Of a DNA stretch of 64,000 nt, positions 30,806-39,329 are shown in pieces. A program made the position numbers and the translations under genes. Position 1 is the first letter of the stretch; each line of letters opens with the position of its first letter. The stretch is from a virus (taxonomy: Duplodnaviria > Caudoviricetes). The stretch covers positions 43,437 through 107,436 of IMG/VR virus record IMGVR_UViG_3300042554_002381. One strand, 5' to 3'. The notes under the pieces were generated by a model, which searched no databases, was not told where the DNA came from, and saw only the letters and a list, made by a program, of their open reading frames with translations.

Positions 30806-30946
30806 ATGAAAGCTAAAACATCAACTCTGTCTACTTTTAACAAACGACCAAAGGTTTCACGCCCTGGTGTTCATGCAAAGACAAAACAAAGCCGCGGAAA
30901 AGGTAGTAGAAACTACAAAAAACCTTATAGAGGTCAAGGAAAATAG
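30806..30946 (+). CDS. Small highly basic protein (46 aa), not in the ORF track
   Basis: MKAKTSTLSTFNKRPKVSRPGVHAKTKQSRGKGSRNYKKPYRGQGK. It fills the intergenic gap and has no acidic residues. Confidence 0.7.
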   Translation: MKAKTSTLSTFNKRPKVSRPGVHAKTKQSRGKGSRNYKKPYRGQGK

Positions 30947-30969
30947 TTGCATGATCTACAAAATGTAGT

Positions 30970-30977
30970 TATCTTTG
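30970..30977 (+). promoter_or_regulatory. Bacteroidota -7 element TATCTTTG
   Basis: TAnnTTTG 22 nt before ATG 31000, preceded by TCTACAAAA. Confidence 0.5.
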
Positions 30978-30999
30978 TAAAGTTTAAACACTCATTATT

Positions 31000-31449
31000 A
31001 TGGCCAAAAATAAAAAAACCAAACTTACAGTTCAACAATTGCGTGATATTCATGTAGAGCTGAATGGTAATCCTACATCAGGTGTAAAAGGATTACTTCA
31101 AGAAAAACTTCCTTTTGTGCTTAAATTCCACATTACTACTGTTGCAAAAATCGCTTCAGAGGTTTATACTACAACAGAAGAGATGCGTATTGAACTTGTC
31201 AACCAATATGGCAAACTCAATGCAGGAGGATTCATCAATGTGGAAGCTACTGTTATTGAAAAAGGTAAAAAAGGTGAACCAGACAAAGAGGTTGTTAACC
31301 CTAACTACACCAAATTTGTCAAAGAATGGAATGACGTAGTGCAAGTTGAAAAGGAAGTTGAGCATCATGCGTTTACTATTGAAGAGTTTGAGGGTCTGGA
31401 AACAGACGCAAACTATCCTGCGTTCTTCAGCTTGTTAGATTTAGGTTAA
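31000..31449 (+). CDS. Hypothetical protein (possible tail assembly chaperone)
   Basis: 149-aa ORF with a promoter-like element upstream and a terminator downstream. Confidence 0.65.
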   Translation: MAKNKKTKLTVQQLRDIHVELNGNPTSGVKGLLQEKLPFVLKFHITTVAKIASEVYTTTEEMRIELVNQYGKLNAGGFINVEATVIEKGKKGEPDKEVVNPNYTKFVKEWNDVVQVEKEVEHHAFTIEEFEGLETDANYPAFFSLLDLG

Positions 31450-31461
31450 AGCACACCTGTT

Positions 31462-31509
31462 AAAAAAAGAAAAGGGCCAAGAGTTTCTACTCAAGGCCCT
31501 TTTTCTTTT
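31462..31509. terminator. Bidirectional intrinsic terminator between convergent operons
   Basis: AAAAGAAAAGGGCC...GGCCCTTTTTCTTTT hairpin with A and T tracts. Confidence 0.8.
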
Positions 31510-31527
31510 GCACTTAATTGAACTGTC

Positions 31528-32208
31528 TTAAAGTTCAAACGCCTGGATAGTTTTTGCAAAAGGAGCTCCAGGTATCTCTTTTACAAGTTTCAGCATCTGT
31601 TGTGCTAGTTCGCGTACTTCTTTTTGAGCATGCTCAGAGTTGCGCAGCTTCAGAAAATGTACAAAGGAACGCCAGTTAAACATCACGTCCATGGTGATCT
31701 GAGAGTTCATGGTCTTAAAGAACCTGGCTGATTCCTTGGCACGCTTACGTCCCAGTACAGGTGTTAGATCTTTAAGTGCCTCGTGATACAACCAGTTACC
31801 TGCAGTGACGTATTCTTCCAGAATGTTTAACCATGTTGGTAGGTCTTCTTGTTGATAACCAACTTGACGTTTTACCATACTGAGTCTTGAAGGAATACTA
31901 TTCCAGTCATCAGGAAGATAAGTCTTGTCTTCTTTAAGTTCCTTGTAACGTGCGCTCTCACCGTTAATACTTACACCAATACGGTGTTTGAGCAGGTGTA
32001 TGTGCGTTGCCTGGTCTACAGTAACCAGGAAGTGTAAACTAGATTTCTCAAAAGGTGTGTGATGACCTTCACTGGCCAGCATCTTAAGCAGCTTGTCAAC
32101 CCGTTCCAGTTTTTCTTCAGACAAGTCCCTGGACGTACTGGTCCACGCTGACTGTGCGTGAACCAGGTCTGTCCCATAGTATCCTAAAAGTTCTACTGTG
32201 TTTTTCAT
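31528..32208 (-). CDS. thyX: Flavin-dependent thymidylate synthase
   Basis: GHHTPFE, LLKHRIGVSINGESARY (RHRx7SxR-like) and LRNSEHAQKEVR. Confidence 0.95.
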   Translation of the reverse strand: MKNTVELLGYYGTDLVHAQSAWTSTSRDLSEEKLERVDKLLKMLASEGHHTPFEKSSLHFLVTVDQATHIHLLKHRIGVSINGESARYKELKEDKTYLPDDWNSIPSRLSMVKRQVGYQQEDLPTWLNILEEYVTAGNWLYHEALKDLTPVLGRKRAKESARFFKTMNSQITMDVMFNWRSFVHFLKLRNSEHAQKEVRELAQQMLKLVKEIPGAPFAKTIQAFEL

Positions 32209-32603
32209 GGCAGTGGTATTACAACAGCAGGGATGTCTTTAAGAAGATTGTAAAAATACTTGAGCTCGTCATCTGTCAGAAACCTGACACGCTTGGTAAT
32301 TTCTTCTAGAGTCACTGTGCAGTCTTTACTCTCACCGGTTTCTGGGTCAACGCCCAGCATTAGAGCGTTGCCCAGCAGTGGTTGTGAAGGATAGAAATCT
32401 GCCCAGAAACCTCCTGGTAAGTCAGAAACATCTTTGAGCAGTGCTTCGTCGTCTACAATCAGATCATCTGTAACAGCAGGATCTTGAGAATATGCTACTG
32501 TAATGACTCTGACGTCCAGTGTTTTGTACAGCTCTTCAAGACCAGGGTTAATGTCTATTTGTTCAACGCGCTTGTCGCGGGCGTTGATAAAAATTGCTTT
32601 CAT
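32205..32603 (-). CDS. Hypothetical protein (DUF3846-like)
   Basis: Likely start MKAIFINA. VDDEALL...LGNALMLG..GES pattern. Confidence 0.6.
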   Translation of the reverse strand: MKAIFINARDKRVEQIDINPGLEELYKTLDVRVITVAYSQDPAVTDDLIVDDEALLKDVSDLPGGFWADFYPSQPLLGNALMLGVDPETGESKDCTVTLEEITKRVRFLTDDELKYFYNLLKDIPAVVIPLP

Positions 32604-32622
32604 AAATTGTTTGTGTTTTTGT

Positions 32623-33240
32623 TTAAGGCCCAAAGTAATGATAGCCTGAAGAAACTTCAGTGTCATTACCTTCAACAATGTTGTAGCACATTGTGGCCAA
32701 GGTTGATGTTGTCGTTTTACTCTTGTCATCTTTTTTGATGAAGTACTTGGAGGTCTGCATGTAGGTGAATCCTGTAGCTTCATCAAAGGTGCTTACGTAT
32801 TTTTCTGTGGCCTGGAATACGTGTTCCCAGGTGTACTCAGGATACTCTTTGAAAAACCACATAAAGCGATCCATCAGCTCACGCGGATTGGTGCGAAAGC
32901 TCACAGAGGAACCTTCTTTCTTGCCTTTAGGAAACATTTCATTGTACCTGGTTACATATTCTTCCCAGTCCTCCAAGTTAACAGCTTTCTTGGCGCGCTT
33001 CATTTTTGTCAAAACATGTTCTGCTTCTCTGAGTAGGTGCAGGCCTTTTTCTGTAACCTTGTAAATGATATTGACACCAGTATTCTCCTTGCGAAGATGA
33101 CCGGTGATCTCCAGCCTGTACTGCTCATGGTTAAAGTTGACATAGTTAGGATACATGTACGAGCAGTGCGTACAATGTAGAACAAACAGCCCGTTGGGAC
33201 TGACCTTGTTCTTTACCAGAAAATCATATAGCTCTTTCAT
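32623..33240 (-). CDS. Winged-helix / replisome-organiser-like protein
   Basis: YKVTEKG wHTH wing. YNEMFP...FFKEYP...ATEKY...YMQTSKYF C-terminal pattern. Confidence 0.5.
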   Translation of the reverse strand: MKELYDFLVKNKVSPNGLFVLHCTHCSYMYPNYVNFNHEQYRLEITGHLRKENTGVNIIYKVTEKGLHLLREAEHVLTKMKRAKKAVNLEDWEEYVTRYNEMFPKGKKEGSSVSFRTNPRELMDRFMWFFKEYPEYTWEHVFQATEKYVSTFDEATGFTYMQTSKYFIKKDDKSKTTTSTLATMCYNIVEGNDTEVSSGYHYFGP

Positions 33241-33261
33241 AGTGTTGGTTTGAATTAAAAC

Positions 33262-34917
33262 TTATCCTGCACAGCTTTCGCAGGACAAAATATCCCTGGC
33301 AAACTCTTGGGCTGCGTTTTGACCAAGTTGGTAGTAAAGGGTCTTTACTCCAAGTTCATGGGCTTTCAACAGCAGCGTGTTTACATCCCTGGTTGCTGTC
33401 TGAGGATGTATCATCAGATTCAGACTCTGTCCCTGGTCAATGTACTTCTGACGGGCGGCAGCCTGGATGATAATCTCCATTTGAGAGATCTCCATGAAAG
33501 TTCTGAAAACAAGCTTTTCATGATCGCTCAAAAAATCCAGGTGCTGCACAGATCCTGCGCGCTGAAGAATGGACTCCCAGACTTCAAAGTTGTCTTTGCC
33601 TTTTTGCTCAAGCAGCTGTTTTAGATAGGGGTTCTTGACAGCATGCTTGACCTTGGCGGTCTTCTTGATATAGTAGTTAGAGGTATAGGGTTCAACAGAC
33701 TGTGACTGCTGGCCCATAATAAACGACGACGAGGTGTTAGGTGCAACAGCTGTAAGTGTTGTGTGTCGTCTTCCATAACCTGCAAGTATTTCTGGTTCGC
33801 CAAAGCGTTCTGCCATTTCTTTAGACGCAGCCCATGCCTGGGTTTGAATTGTCTTGAAGATCTGCAAGTTGATCATCTTGGCTTCCATAGACTCAAAAGG
33901 AACCATCTTGCTCTGCAGGTAAGAGTGATAACCAGAGGCGCCAATGCCAATAGCGCGGTGGCGTCTGGCAAAACGAATGGCACGCTCAATAAATGGGGTG
34001 TCTTTGTAGCGGTTGATAAACTCTTCCAGTACAGCATCAGCAATATAGACAGCCACGCCGACCGCGTCAGTGTCTTTCCACTCATCAAACTTTACCAGGT
34101 TCATGCCTACCAGATCACATACAAAAGTTTCTTGTTCTGTAGAGGGAAGCAGGATCTCCGTGCACATGTTGGAAGAGTTGACCCTCATCTTTTTGTCTTT
34201 GTAAACGTCTACAGTATTGTTGTTTACGTTGTCTGTAAAGAAGATGTATGGGAAACCTGTCCTGTTGCGGGAGTCAAGCACCATGGCCCAGAGCTCACGC
34301 TTGTCCATGTCACCAGCTTTCATATCTTCAATCCACTTGTCAGAAACACAAACGCCAAAAGGAAAACGCTGCAACTTGTGTCCCTCACCGTTGATCCTCA
34401 AGAAATCTTTAATGTCACCGTGGGTGATGTCAAGATAAGCGGCAAACTCTCCTCGTCTGACGTTGCCTTGTGAGATGACATTCTTAGTGATGTCAAACAT
34501 TTGCATAAAGTGTACAGCCCCGTGGGTCTCCCCGCCGGTTGAAATAGCAGTACCTGCAGGACGCAGTTCACCAAAGTAGCCAGAGGTGCCTCCGCCAATC
34601 TTGCAAAGCATGCCTACTTCAGCATTGGCTCTGACAATAGACTCAATGCTATCAGAAATATGCGTGTTAAAGCAGGAGATGCCAGAGCCACGGTTGGTGC
34701 CAGCGTTGGACCACACTGGTGAAGGCAGCACATAGTAACCGCGTCTGATGTAGTCTTTGACTTTTGTTCTGAGTGTTTCATCATTGAACGTATCACCCAC
34801 CATATTACCTATGGATTCTATTCTGTCTTCAATACTTTCATTGTTGTGAAAATATCCTCGCCCCATAAATTCTTGACTGAGGGGTGTATACCAGTCCATG
34901 TAAGTTGTTGTTGTCAT
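33262..34917 (-). CDS. nrdA: Ribonucleotide reductase class I alpha subunit, short, no ATP cone
   Basis: SCF, GGGTSG, SNMCTEI, APNTSSS, DQGQSLN, KTLYY and C-terminal CESC. Confidence 0.95.
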   Translation of the reverse strand: MTTTTYMDWYTPLSQEFMGRGYFHNNESIEDRIESIGNMVGDTFNDETLRTKVKDYIRRGYYVLPSPVWSNAGTNRGSGISCFNTHISDSIESIVRANAEVGMLCKIGGGTSGYFGELRPAGTAISTGGETHGAVHFMQMFDITKNVISQGNVRRGEFAAYLDITHGDIKDFLRINGEGHKLQRFPFGVCVSDKWIEDMKAGDMDKRELWAMVLDSRNRTGFPYIFFTDNVNNNTVDVYKDKKMRVNSSNMCTEILLPSTEQETFVCDLVGMNLVKFDEWKDTDAVGVAVYIADAVLEEFINRYKDTPFIERAIRFARRHRAIGIGASGYHSYLQSKMVPFESMEAKMINLQIFKTIQTQAWAASKEMAERFGEPEILAGYGRRHTTLTAVAPNTSSSFIMGQQSQSVEPYTSNYYIKKTAKVKHAVKNPYLKQLLEQKGKDNFEVWESILQRAGSVQHLDFLSDHEKLVFRTFMEISQMEIIIQAAARQKYIDQGQSLNLMIHPQTATRDVNTLLLKAHELGVKTLYYQLGQNAAQEFARDILSCESCAG

Positions 34918-34919
34918 GA

Positions 34920-35894
34920 TTAAAAAAGGTCTTTACTTGTAATAGATTTTTGAAACTTGGTGTAATTAGTTCCTTGAGTGTTAAAAAAGTCATTGCGTAC
35001 ATAGCCATAGATAGCTTCTACCATCCAGTAAAGTTCACTAAGCAAGTCCTGGTCAATCTCAAAAAGCTCCTCACCACCAATAGCAACAAGCGATGAGTTG
35101 AAACGCGACTTGATAAACTCAATAACAGCAGCCTTAGAGATAGAGTCTATCTCACCTTGCTCAAAGATCCAGTCAATGATGCGGACCTCTGCGTCAAAAG
35201 CTTTGTGACAAGCACGGTAGATCTTTTGATAGAAGTCTTCATCAAACCACTCAGGGTACTCTTTTTTGATCAGGTTGATCACGTGCATGCCCAGCTGAGC
35301 GTGAATGATCTCTTCTTTCATGGTAGCTTCAATGACAGTGTCAACTTCTTTGAGCAGATTCTTCTTTTCAATAAAAGACTTGACAATGGCAAATTGTGAA
35401 AACAGTGATACGTTCTCAATAAACATGGAGAATAGCGCCAGGTTCAGGGTGTAAACCTGCTTTGCGTTTTCTCCTGAGTTTTTTAGGTATTTGGTCAAAT
35501 ACTCTACGCGGCCCCCAATTACAGGGTTTTGCAGGAGCATGTCAAATTCGTCGTTCAGACCCAGTACCTCCAGCAGCTTGCTGTATGCTTCTGAGTGAAC
35601 GACCTCATTTTCTGCAAAGGTTATCCCTACAGAGTTAAATTCAGGCTTGGGGATGTGTTCTCCCAGCTTGGCCCAGAATGTTTTTACAGATACTTCTATC
35701 TGTGATATAGCCAATAAGGTTCTCTTTATAGCCTCTTTTTCGCGAGGCCTAAGTTTGTGTTTAAAGTCAAAGGCGTCAGAGTCAAAATTAAACTCTTCTA
35801 CGTCCCAACGACTGTGCTTGATAGCTTCCCTGAACTTTATTATTTCAGGGTACTCATATGGCTTGAAAGCCACACGTTTGTCAAAAATTCCCAT
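34920..35894 (-). CDS. nrdB: Ribonucleotide reductase class I beta subunit (class Id/NrdBi-like)
   Basis: Likely start MGIFDKR. QIEVSVK, ENEVVHSEAY, IENVSLFSQF, EEIIH and DFF..Y tail. Confidence 0.95.
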   Translation of the reverse strand: MGIFDKRVAFKPYEYPEIIKFREAIKHSRWDVEEFNFDSDAFDFKHKLRPREKEAIKRTLLAISQIEVSVKTFWAKLGEHIPKPEFNSVGITFAENEVVHSEAYSKLLEVLGLNDEFDMLLQNPVIGGRVEYLTKYLKNSGENAKQVYTLNLALFSMFIENVSLFSQFAIVKSFIEKKNLLKEVDTVIEATMKEEIIHAQLGMHVINLIKKEYPEWFDEDFYQKIYRACHKAFDAEVRIIDWIFEQGEIDSISKAAVIEFIKSRFNSSLVAIGGEELFEIDQDLLSELYWMVEAIYGYVRNDFFNTQGTNYTKFQKSITSKDLF

Positions 35895-35964
35895 ATATGT
35901 TAAATTTAGTTGAATATGTAAGCTGTTACATTTCAGAGGCTTGTTTTGAAAAAGCGGTAATGGC

Positions 35965-35997
35965 AAAAAAACCTGGTAAAGCTTTCACTTTCCAGGT
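35965..35997 (-). terminator. Terminator-like hairpin in the nrdB leader
   Basis: The minus strand reads ACCTGGAAAGTGAAAGCTTTACCAGGTTTTTTT. Confidence 0.55.
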
Positions 35998-36166
35998 CAT
36001 TTAATATGCAGGGCAAGAGAGTTGCCTACCCTAATAAGTTACTAAAAACTGTAGCAATTGCCAAGAACTTTAGAACCAAAAAACAGCTCTGAGTAATCAG
36101 GGTTACAAATATCGCACAAATGTGTAGACCATCAAAATAAAATGCAGACTTTTTGGTCACAGATCT

Positions 36167-36190
36167 ACAAAATAGTGTATATTATTAGTG
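36167..36190 (+). promoter_or_regulatory. Candidate late-operon promoter ACAAAAT-N4-TATATTATTA
   Basis: Second copy of the motif at 22446, upstream of the lysis genes. Confidence 0.4.
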
Positions 36191-36236
36191 AGGGTGGTGA
36201 TGATATTGACTGTACATTTTTTGATATTCTTAACTT

Positions 36237-36581
36237 ATGCAAAATTTACAAAATCACCCAAAAGAACAAGTTATTTCAGCCCTTAAGGAGTGGGCAAGCC
36301 CTGTTTTAATAGGAATTGTAGGAATGCTGCTGTGGCGCGATGTCACAGAAATGCGGGCAGATATAAAACTGCTGCTGACTCAGCAAAGCGCTGACAGAGT
36401 CAAGATAGAACAGCTGGAAGATGACGTTAAATTACTTAAAGAACTGTATCTGACAGGCGCTCGCACTGACGGTACATCCAGAAAACCTTTTCAAGAAGAA
36501 CCTTTGTCAGAACATCAACCTGCGTTTATTCAAAGAGATGAGGAATTGTATGTAAATAACAAGCACAAAAACAAAAAATGA
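36237..36581 (+). CDS. Single-TM coiled-coil lysis-module protein (holin/antiholin-like)
   Basis: PVLIGIVGMLLW TM segment plus coiled coil; first gene of the lysis cassette. Confidence 0.55.
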   Translation: MQNLQNHPKEQVISALKEWASPVLIGIVGMLLWRDVTEMRADIKLLLTQQSADRVKIEQLEDDVKLLKELYLTGARTDGTSRKPFQEEPLSEHQPAFIQRDEELYVNNKHKNKK

Positions 36582-36853
36582 ATAAGTTTATCAATTGGCT
36601 ACATGATTTGACAAAAGACGAGCGAGAAAACGTGTCTGTCAAGCCTGTAATTGCCATTATGGGTGCTGTGTTTCTTTGTACAATAATGACTATCAACTGT
36701 ATTATAGATCCTGCTATCAAGCCTGCGGATGTTCTTGTTGACGCCGTGGTTATTATTACAGCTATAGGAATGGGTGCTGACTCTTTTGACAAGTTTTCTC
36801 TCAGAGGAAAAGCATCTTCCACAAAAACACCAAAATCAACTTCAGAAGAATGA
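36578..36853 (+). CDS. Putative holin
   Basis: 91 aa, two hydrophobic segments and a basic C-terminal tail. Confidence 0.6.
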   Translation: MNKFINWLHDLTKDERENVSVKPVIAIMGAVFLCTIMTINCIIDPAIKPADVLVDAVVIITAIGMGADSFDKFSLRGKASSTKTPKSTSEE

Positions 36854-37461
36854 ACAGATATAGCTTTGGCATCATTGTTTTTTTAGTACTCATTATTTTT
36901 CTTCAGCGCAGCTGTAGACCAAAACAAAGTCCTTGCCCAGACCCAGAACCATATACAGAAGTAATTGTTGACACACAGTATGTTTATAGAGATACTGTAA
37001 TCATCAAGTATGTTACTCTAATAAAAAGGGACACTATTCCTGTACCAGGTGATACAGTATTTCTTCCAGACAGCTGCTACGACTCTTTAAAGCTGCAGTT
37101 TGAATCTCTTGCCAGAAACTATGTTGCCAGAAACATTTACAGAGATACCCTGATACTTGACTCCATTGGGCATGTGATACTTTATGACACTATACAATAC
37201 AACAGGTTAAGACAGCACACATACAAACTTTCATATGTAATTCCAACAATTACAAAAACAGTAGCTCTTCCTCCAAAAAGACAACTCTATGTCGGTGGAG
37301 GTCTTTCTGTAAACAGAGCTCTTGATGATTTAAGCATCCAGGCAGGTCTTATGTACAAGAATAAGAAAGACCAGATGTACGGTGTGTATATTCTTTCTGA
37401 CGGTAAAAGACCTGCGCAGGTTGGTGTTTCAAGTTACTGGAAAATTTCCTTAAAAAAATAA
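36850..37461 (+). CDS. Putative spanin-like membrane protein
   Basis: N-terminal hydrophobic anchor ending LQRSC (possible lipobox), DTV/DTI repeats and C-terminal beta strands. Confidence 0.55.
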   Translation: MNRYSFGIIVFLVLIIFLQRSCRPKQSPCPDPEPYTEVIVDTQYVYRDTVIIKYVTLIKRDTIPVPGDTVFLPDSCYDSLKLQFESLARNYVARNIYRDTLILDSIGHVILYDTIQYNRLRQHTYKLSYVIPTITKTVALPPKRQLYVGGGLSVNRALDDLSIQAGLMYKNKKDQMYGVYILSDGKRPAQVGVSSYWKISLKK

Positions 37462-37464
37462 TCT

Positions 37465-37998
37465 ATGAAACTTCCTAAAAATCTTTCATGGCTTAGTCAA
37501 GAACCTGCACCAAGACACTTACTTAAAGCCGTAGAGCTATATGGTACTGAAGAAATTGTAGGACCTAAGCACAATCCTGTAATAATGGGTTGGGCTAAAG
37601 AAACAGGTCTTCAAAGCATGTATACCAGTGATGAAGTTGCTTGGTGTGGTTTATTTATGGCAGTCGTAATGCACAGAGCTGGAAGGCCAGTTCCCTCTAT
37701 ACCTCTCAGAGCACTTGCCTGGAATAGTTTTGGTGTGCAAGTAGATCCTCAAAATGCAATGCTTGCAGATGTTTTGACGTTTACTCGCAAAGGCGGCGGG
37801 CATGTTGGCATTTATATTGGTGAGGATACTAGCGCGTATCATGTGCTAGGTGGAAACCAAGGAAACAAGGTATCTGTAGTGCGTATAGACAAAGCAAGAC
37901 TCTCACAAGTCAGACGTCCTTTATACAACAATATTCCTGAGAATATCAGAAAAATACACCTTGCTTCTAATGGCAGCTTGTCTGTCAATGAAGCATAA
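37465..37998 (+). CDS. Endolysin, NlpC/P60-like (TIGR02594-type) peptidase
   Basis: DEVAWCG catalytic Cys, GGGHVG His and LGGNQ. Confidence 0.85.
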   Translation: MKLPKNLSWLSQEPAPRHLLKAVELYGTEEIVGPKHNPVIMGWAKETGLQSMYTSDEVAWCGLFMAVVMHRAGRPVPSIPLRALAWNSFGVQVDPQNAMLADVLTFTRKGGGHVGIYIGEDTSAYHVLGGNQGNKVSVVRIDKARLSQVRRPLYNNIPENIRKIHLASNGSLSVNEA

Positions 37999-38042
37999 AG
38001 ATATACTACCAGAGGTAGTTGGTTATTTCTTTCTTCTGTTCA

Positions 38043-38071
38043 GAAAGGCCCCCTTTTTCAGGGGGCTTTTC
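38043..38071. terminator. Bidirectional terminator between convergent operons
   Basis: GAAAGGCCCCC...GGGGGCTTTTC hairpin. Confidence 0.8.
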
Positions 38072-38074
38072 GTT

Positions 38075-38392
38075 TTACAGCAATTGGCGCAGGTTAATGA
38101 CATTCACCATCTGATACTCCAAAGAGTTTTTGTCTTTCTTTTCAAGAAAATTAAGCAGCAGTGTGAGTTCTGCAGCTGCACTATAGTCCATTACTTTTGC
38201 AGGTTTTTCTTCCCAGTCAATTTTGTAACCTTCACCAGTGTCTGTGATAGACAAAATCTTTGAGTAGTGAACGTCTTCAGACCATGTTTTTGAGTTGGAC
38301 CTTCTAAGCACGTGACAGTCATCATTGCTTTCTATGATGTACTCTATATCCGCATTTTCATTGTTGATGACAAGATATCTTTCTGTGCTCAT
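38075..38392 (-). CDS. Hypothetical protein
   Basis: 105-aa ORF with an ATGA overlap to the upstream gene. Confidence 0.65.
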   Translation of the reverse strand: MSTERYLVINNENADIEYIIESNDDCHVLRRSNSKTWSEDVHYSKILSITDTGEGYKIDWEEKPAKVMDYSAAAELTLLLNFLEKKDKNSLEYQMVNVINLRQLL

Positions 38393-39099
38393 GCAGGATT
38401 GGTTAGAGGGTCAATAAGATTTAGAACACGACACACGTATCTGACACTGCTGATTAGATCTTCCATAGTACCATTGTTGTCAATGATATAGTCAAAACTA
38501 TAATCGTCAAGCGCTGTCTCACTAGGATGAGTTCCATTGTCCATGTCGCGGTTGATGCGTATCACTACGCCGCCTCGCTTCTTGATAGCCTGCGCTTCAT
38601 TAGGAAAGCGTGTGTCAGTGATAATCCATTTGGAGGCCATTTCTTCATACTCACTACCTCTTTCTGAATAGGGAATAAACTCAGACATAAGCGCATTTAC
38701 CCATGTGTCAGGGTGCAATCCATTACGCATGGCTTCAGTGCCCAACTTTTGCAAGAGCTCACGCACGGTCATAGGCGCCATGTGAATTTGTCCAGGAGCT
38801 ACTTCAACAGGATAGTCCCACATTGCAGGTAGCGTTTGTTTTTTGAACTCCTGGTCTTCAAATCTGTACATAGGAATGCCTGTCAAAGCTGAAGCTACTT
38901 CCTTAAGTTTTCCTGCAAACTTTTTAATAGCCCAGTGACTTAGATCAATACTAGCAGGAGTGTTTTTAAGAAAATGCAACACAAGACCGTCAGAATAATA
39001 GTGCTTGTGTGTAAGTAGTTGTATAATTTTTCCAACAGTGTCTTTGCCAGAACCAATCTTGCCAGAAATACCAATAAGGTTGACGGGTGTTGTTATCAT
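38389..39099 (-). CDS. Deoxynucleoside monophosphate kinase (T4 gp1/T5 dnk-like)
   Basis: GKIGSGKDT P-loop, FAGKLK, RELLQKLGTE, ITDTRFPNE and HPSE. Confidence 0.9.
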   Translation of the reverse strand: MITTPVNLIGISGKIGSGKDTVGKIIQLLTHKHYYSDGLVLHFLKNTPASIDLSHWAIKKFAGKLKEVASALTGIPMYRFEDQEFKKQTLPAMWDYPVEVAPGQIHMAPMTVRELLQKLGTEAMRNGLHPDTWVNALMSEFIPYSERGSEYEEMASKWIITDTRFPNEAQAIKKRGGVVIRINRDMDNGTHPSETALDDYSFDYIIDNNGTMEDLISSVRYVCRVLNLIDPLTNPA

Positions 39100-39263
39100 G
39101 TTGTTTTAGAATAAGTTTTTATGCGGTTAAACAAACAGTCTCTGGAAATTTCCAGCCTGTATTTGAGACGCAGGTAGCGTTTTAGAATGTAAAACTTGCT
39201 AATACGCGTCTTCTTTTTGTGAAGTTTGCAAAAAGCATCTTCAATAATGTCAGGGGTTTGCAT
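39096..39263 (-). CDS. Small basic hypothetical protein (55 aa), not in the ORF track
   Basis: MQTPDIIEDAFCKLHKKKTRISKFYILKRYLRLKYRLEISRDCLFNRIKTYSKTT. ATGA overlap with the dNMP kinase gene. Confidence 0.6.
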   Translation of the reverse strand: MQTPDIIEDAFCKLHKKKTRISKFYILKRYLRLKYRLEISRDCLFNRIKTYSKTT

Positions 39264-39277
39264 AGTAATTAGTGGTT

Positions 39278-39319
39278 AAAAAAGATAGAGAGAGGACAAT
39301 ACCTCTCTCTTTTCTTTTT
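39278..39319 (-). terminator. Intrinsic terminator
   Basis: AGAGAGAGG...CCTCTCTCT hairpin with flanking A/T tracts, downstream of the 39330 gene. Confidence 0.6.
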
Positions 39320-39329
39320 GTATTACAGG

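Noticed and set aside
35895-35966. N-terminal extensions given by the ORF track for nrdB (also ung, dnaB, 32786, 52479, 53726)
   Set aside because: The extensions overlap hairpins, promoter boxes or neighbouring genes. Downstream ATGs match the expected protein starts better.
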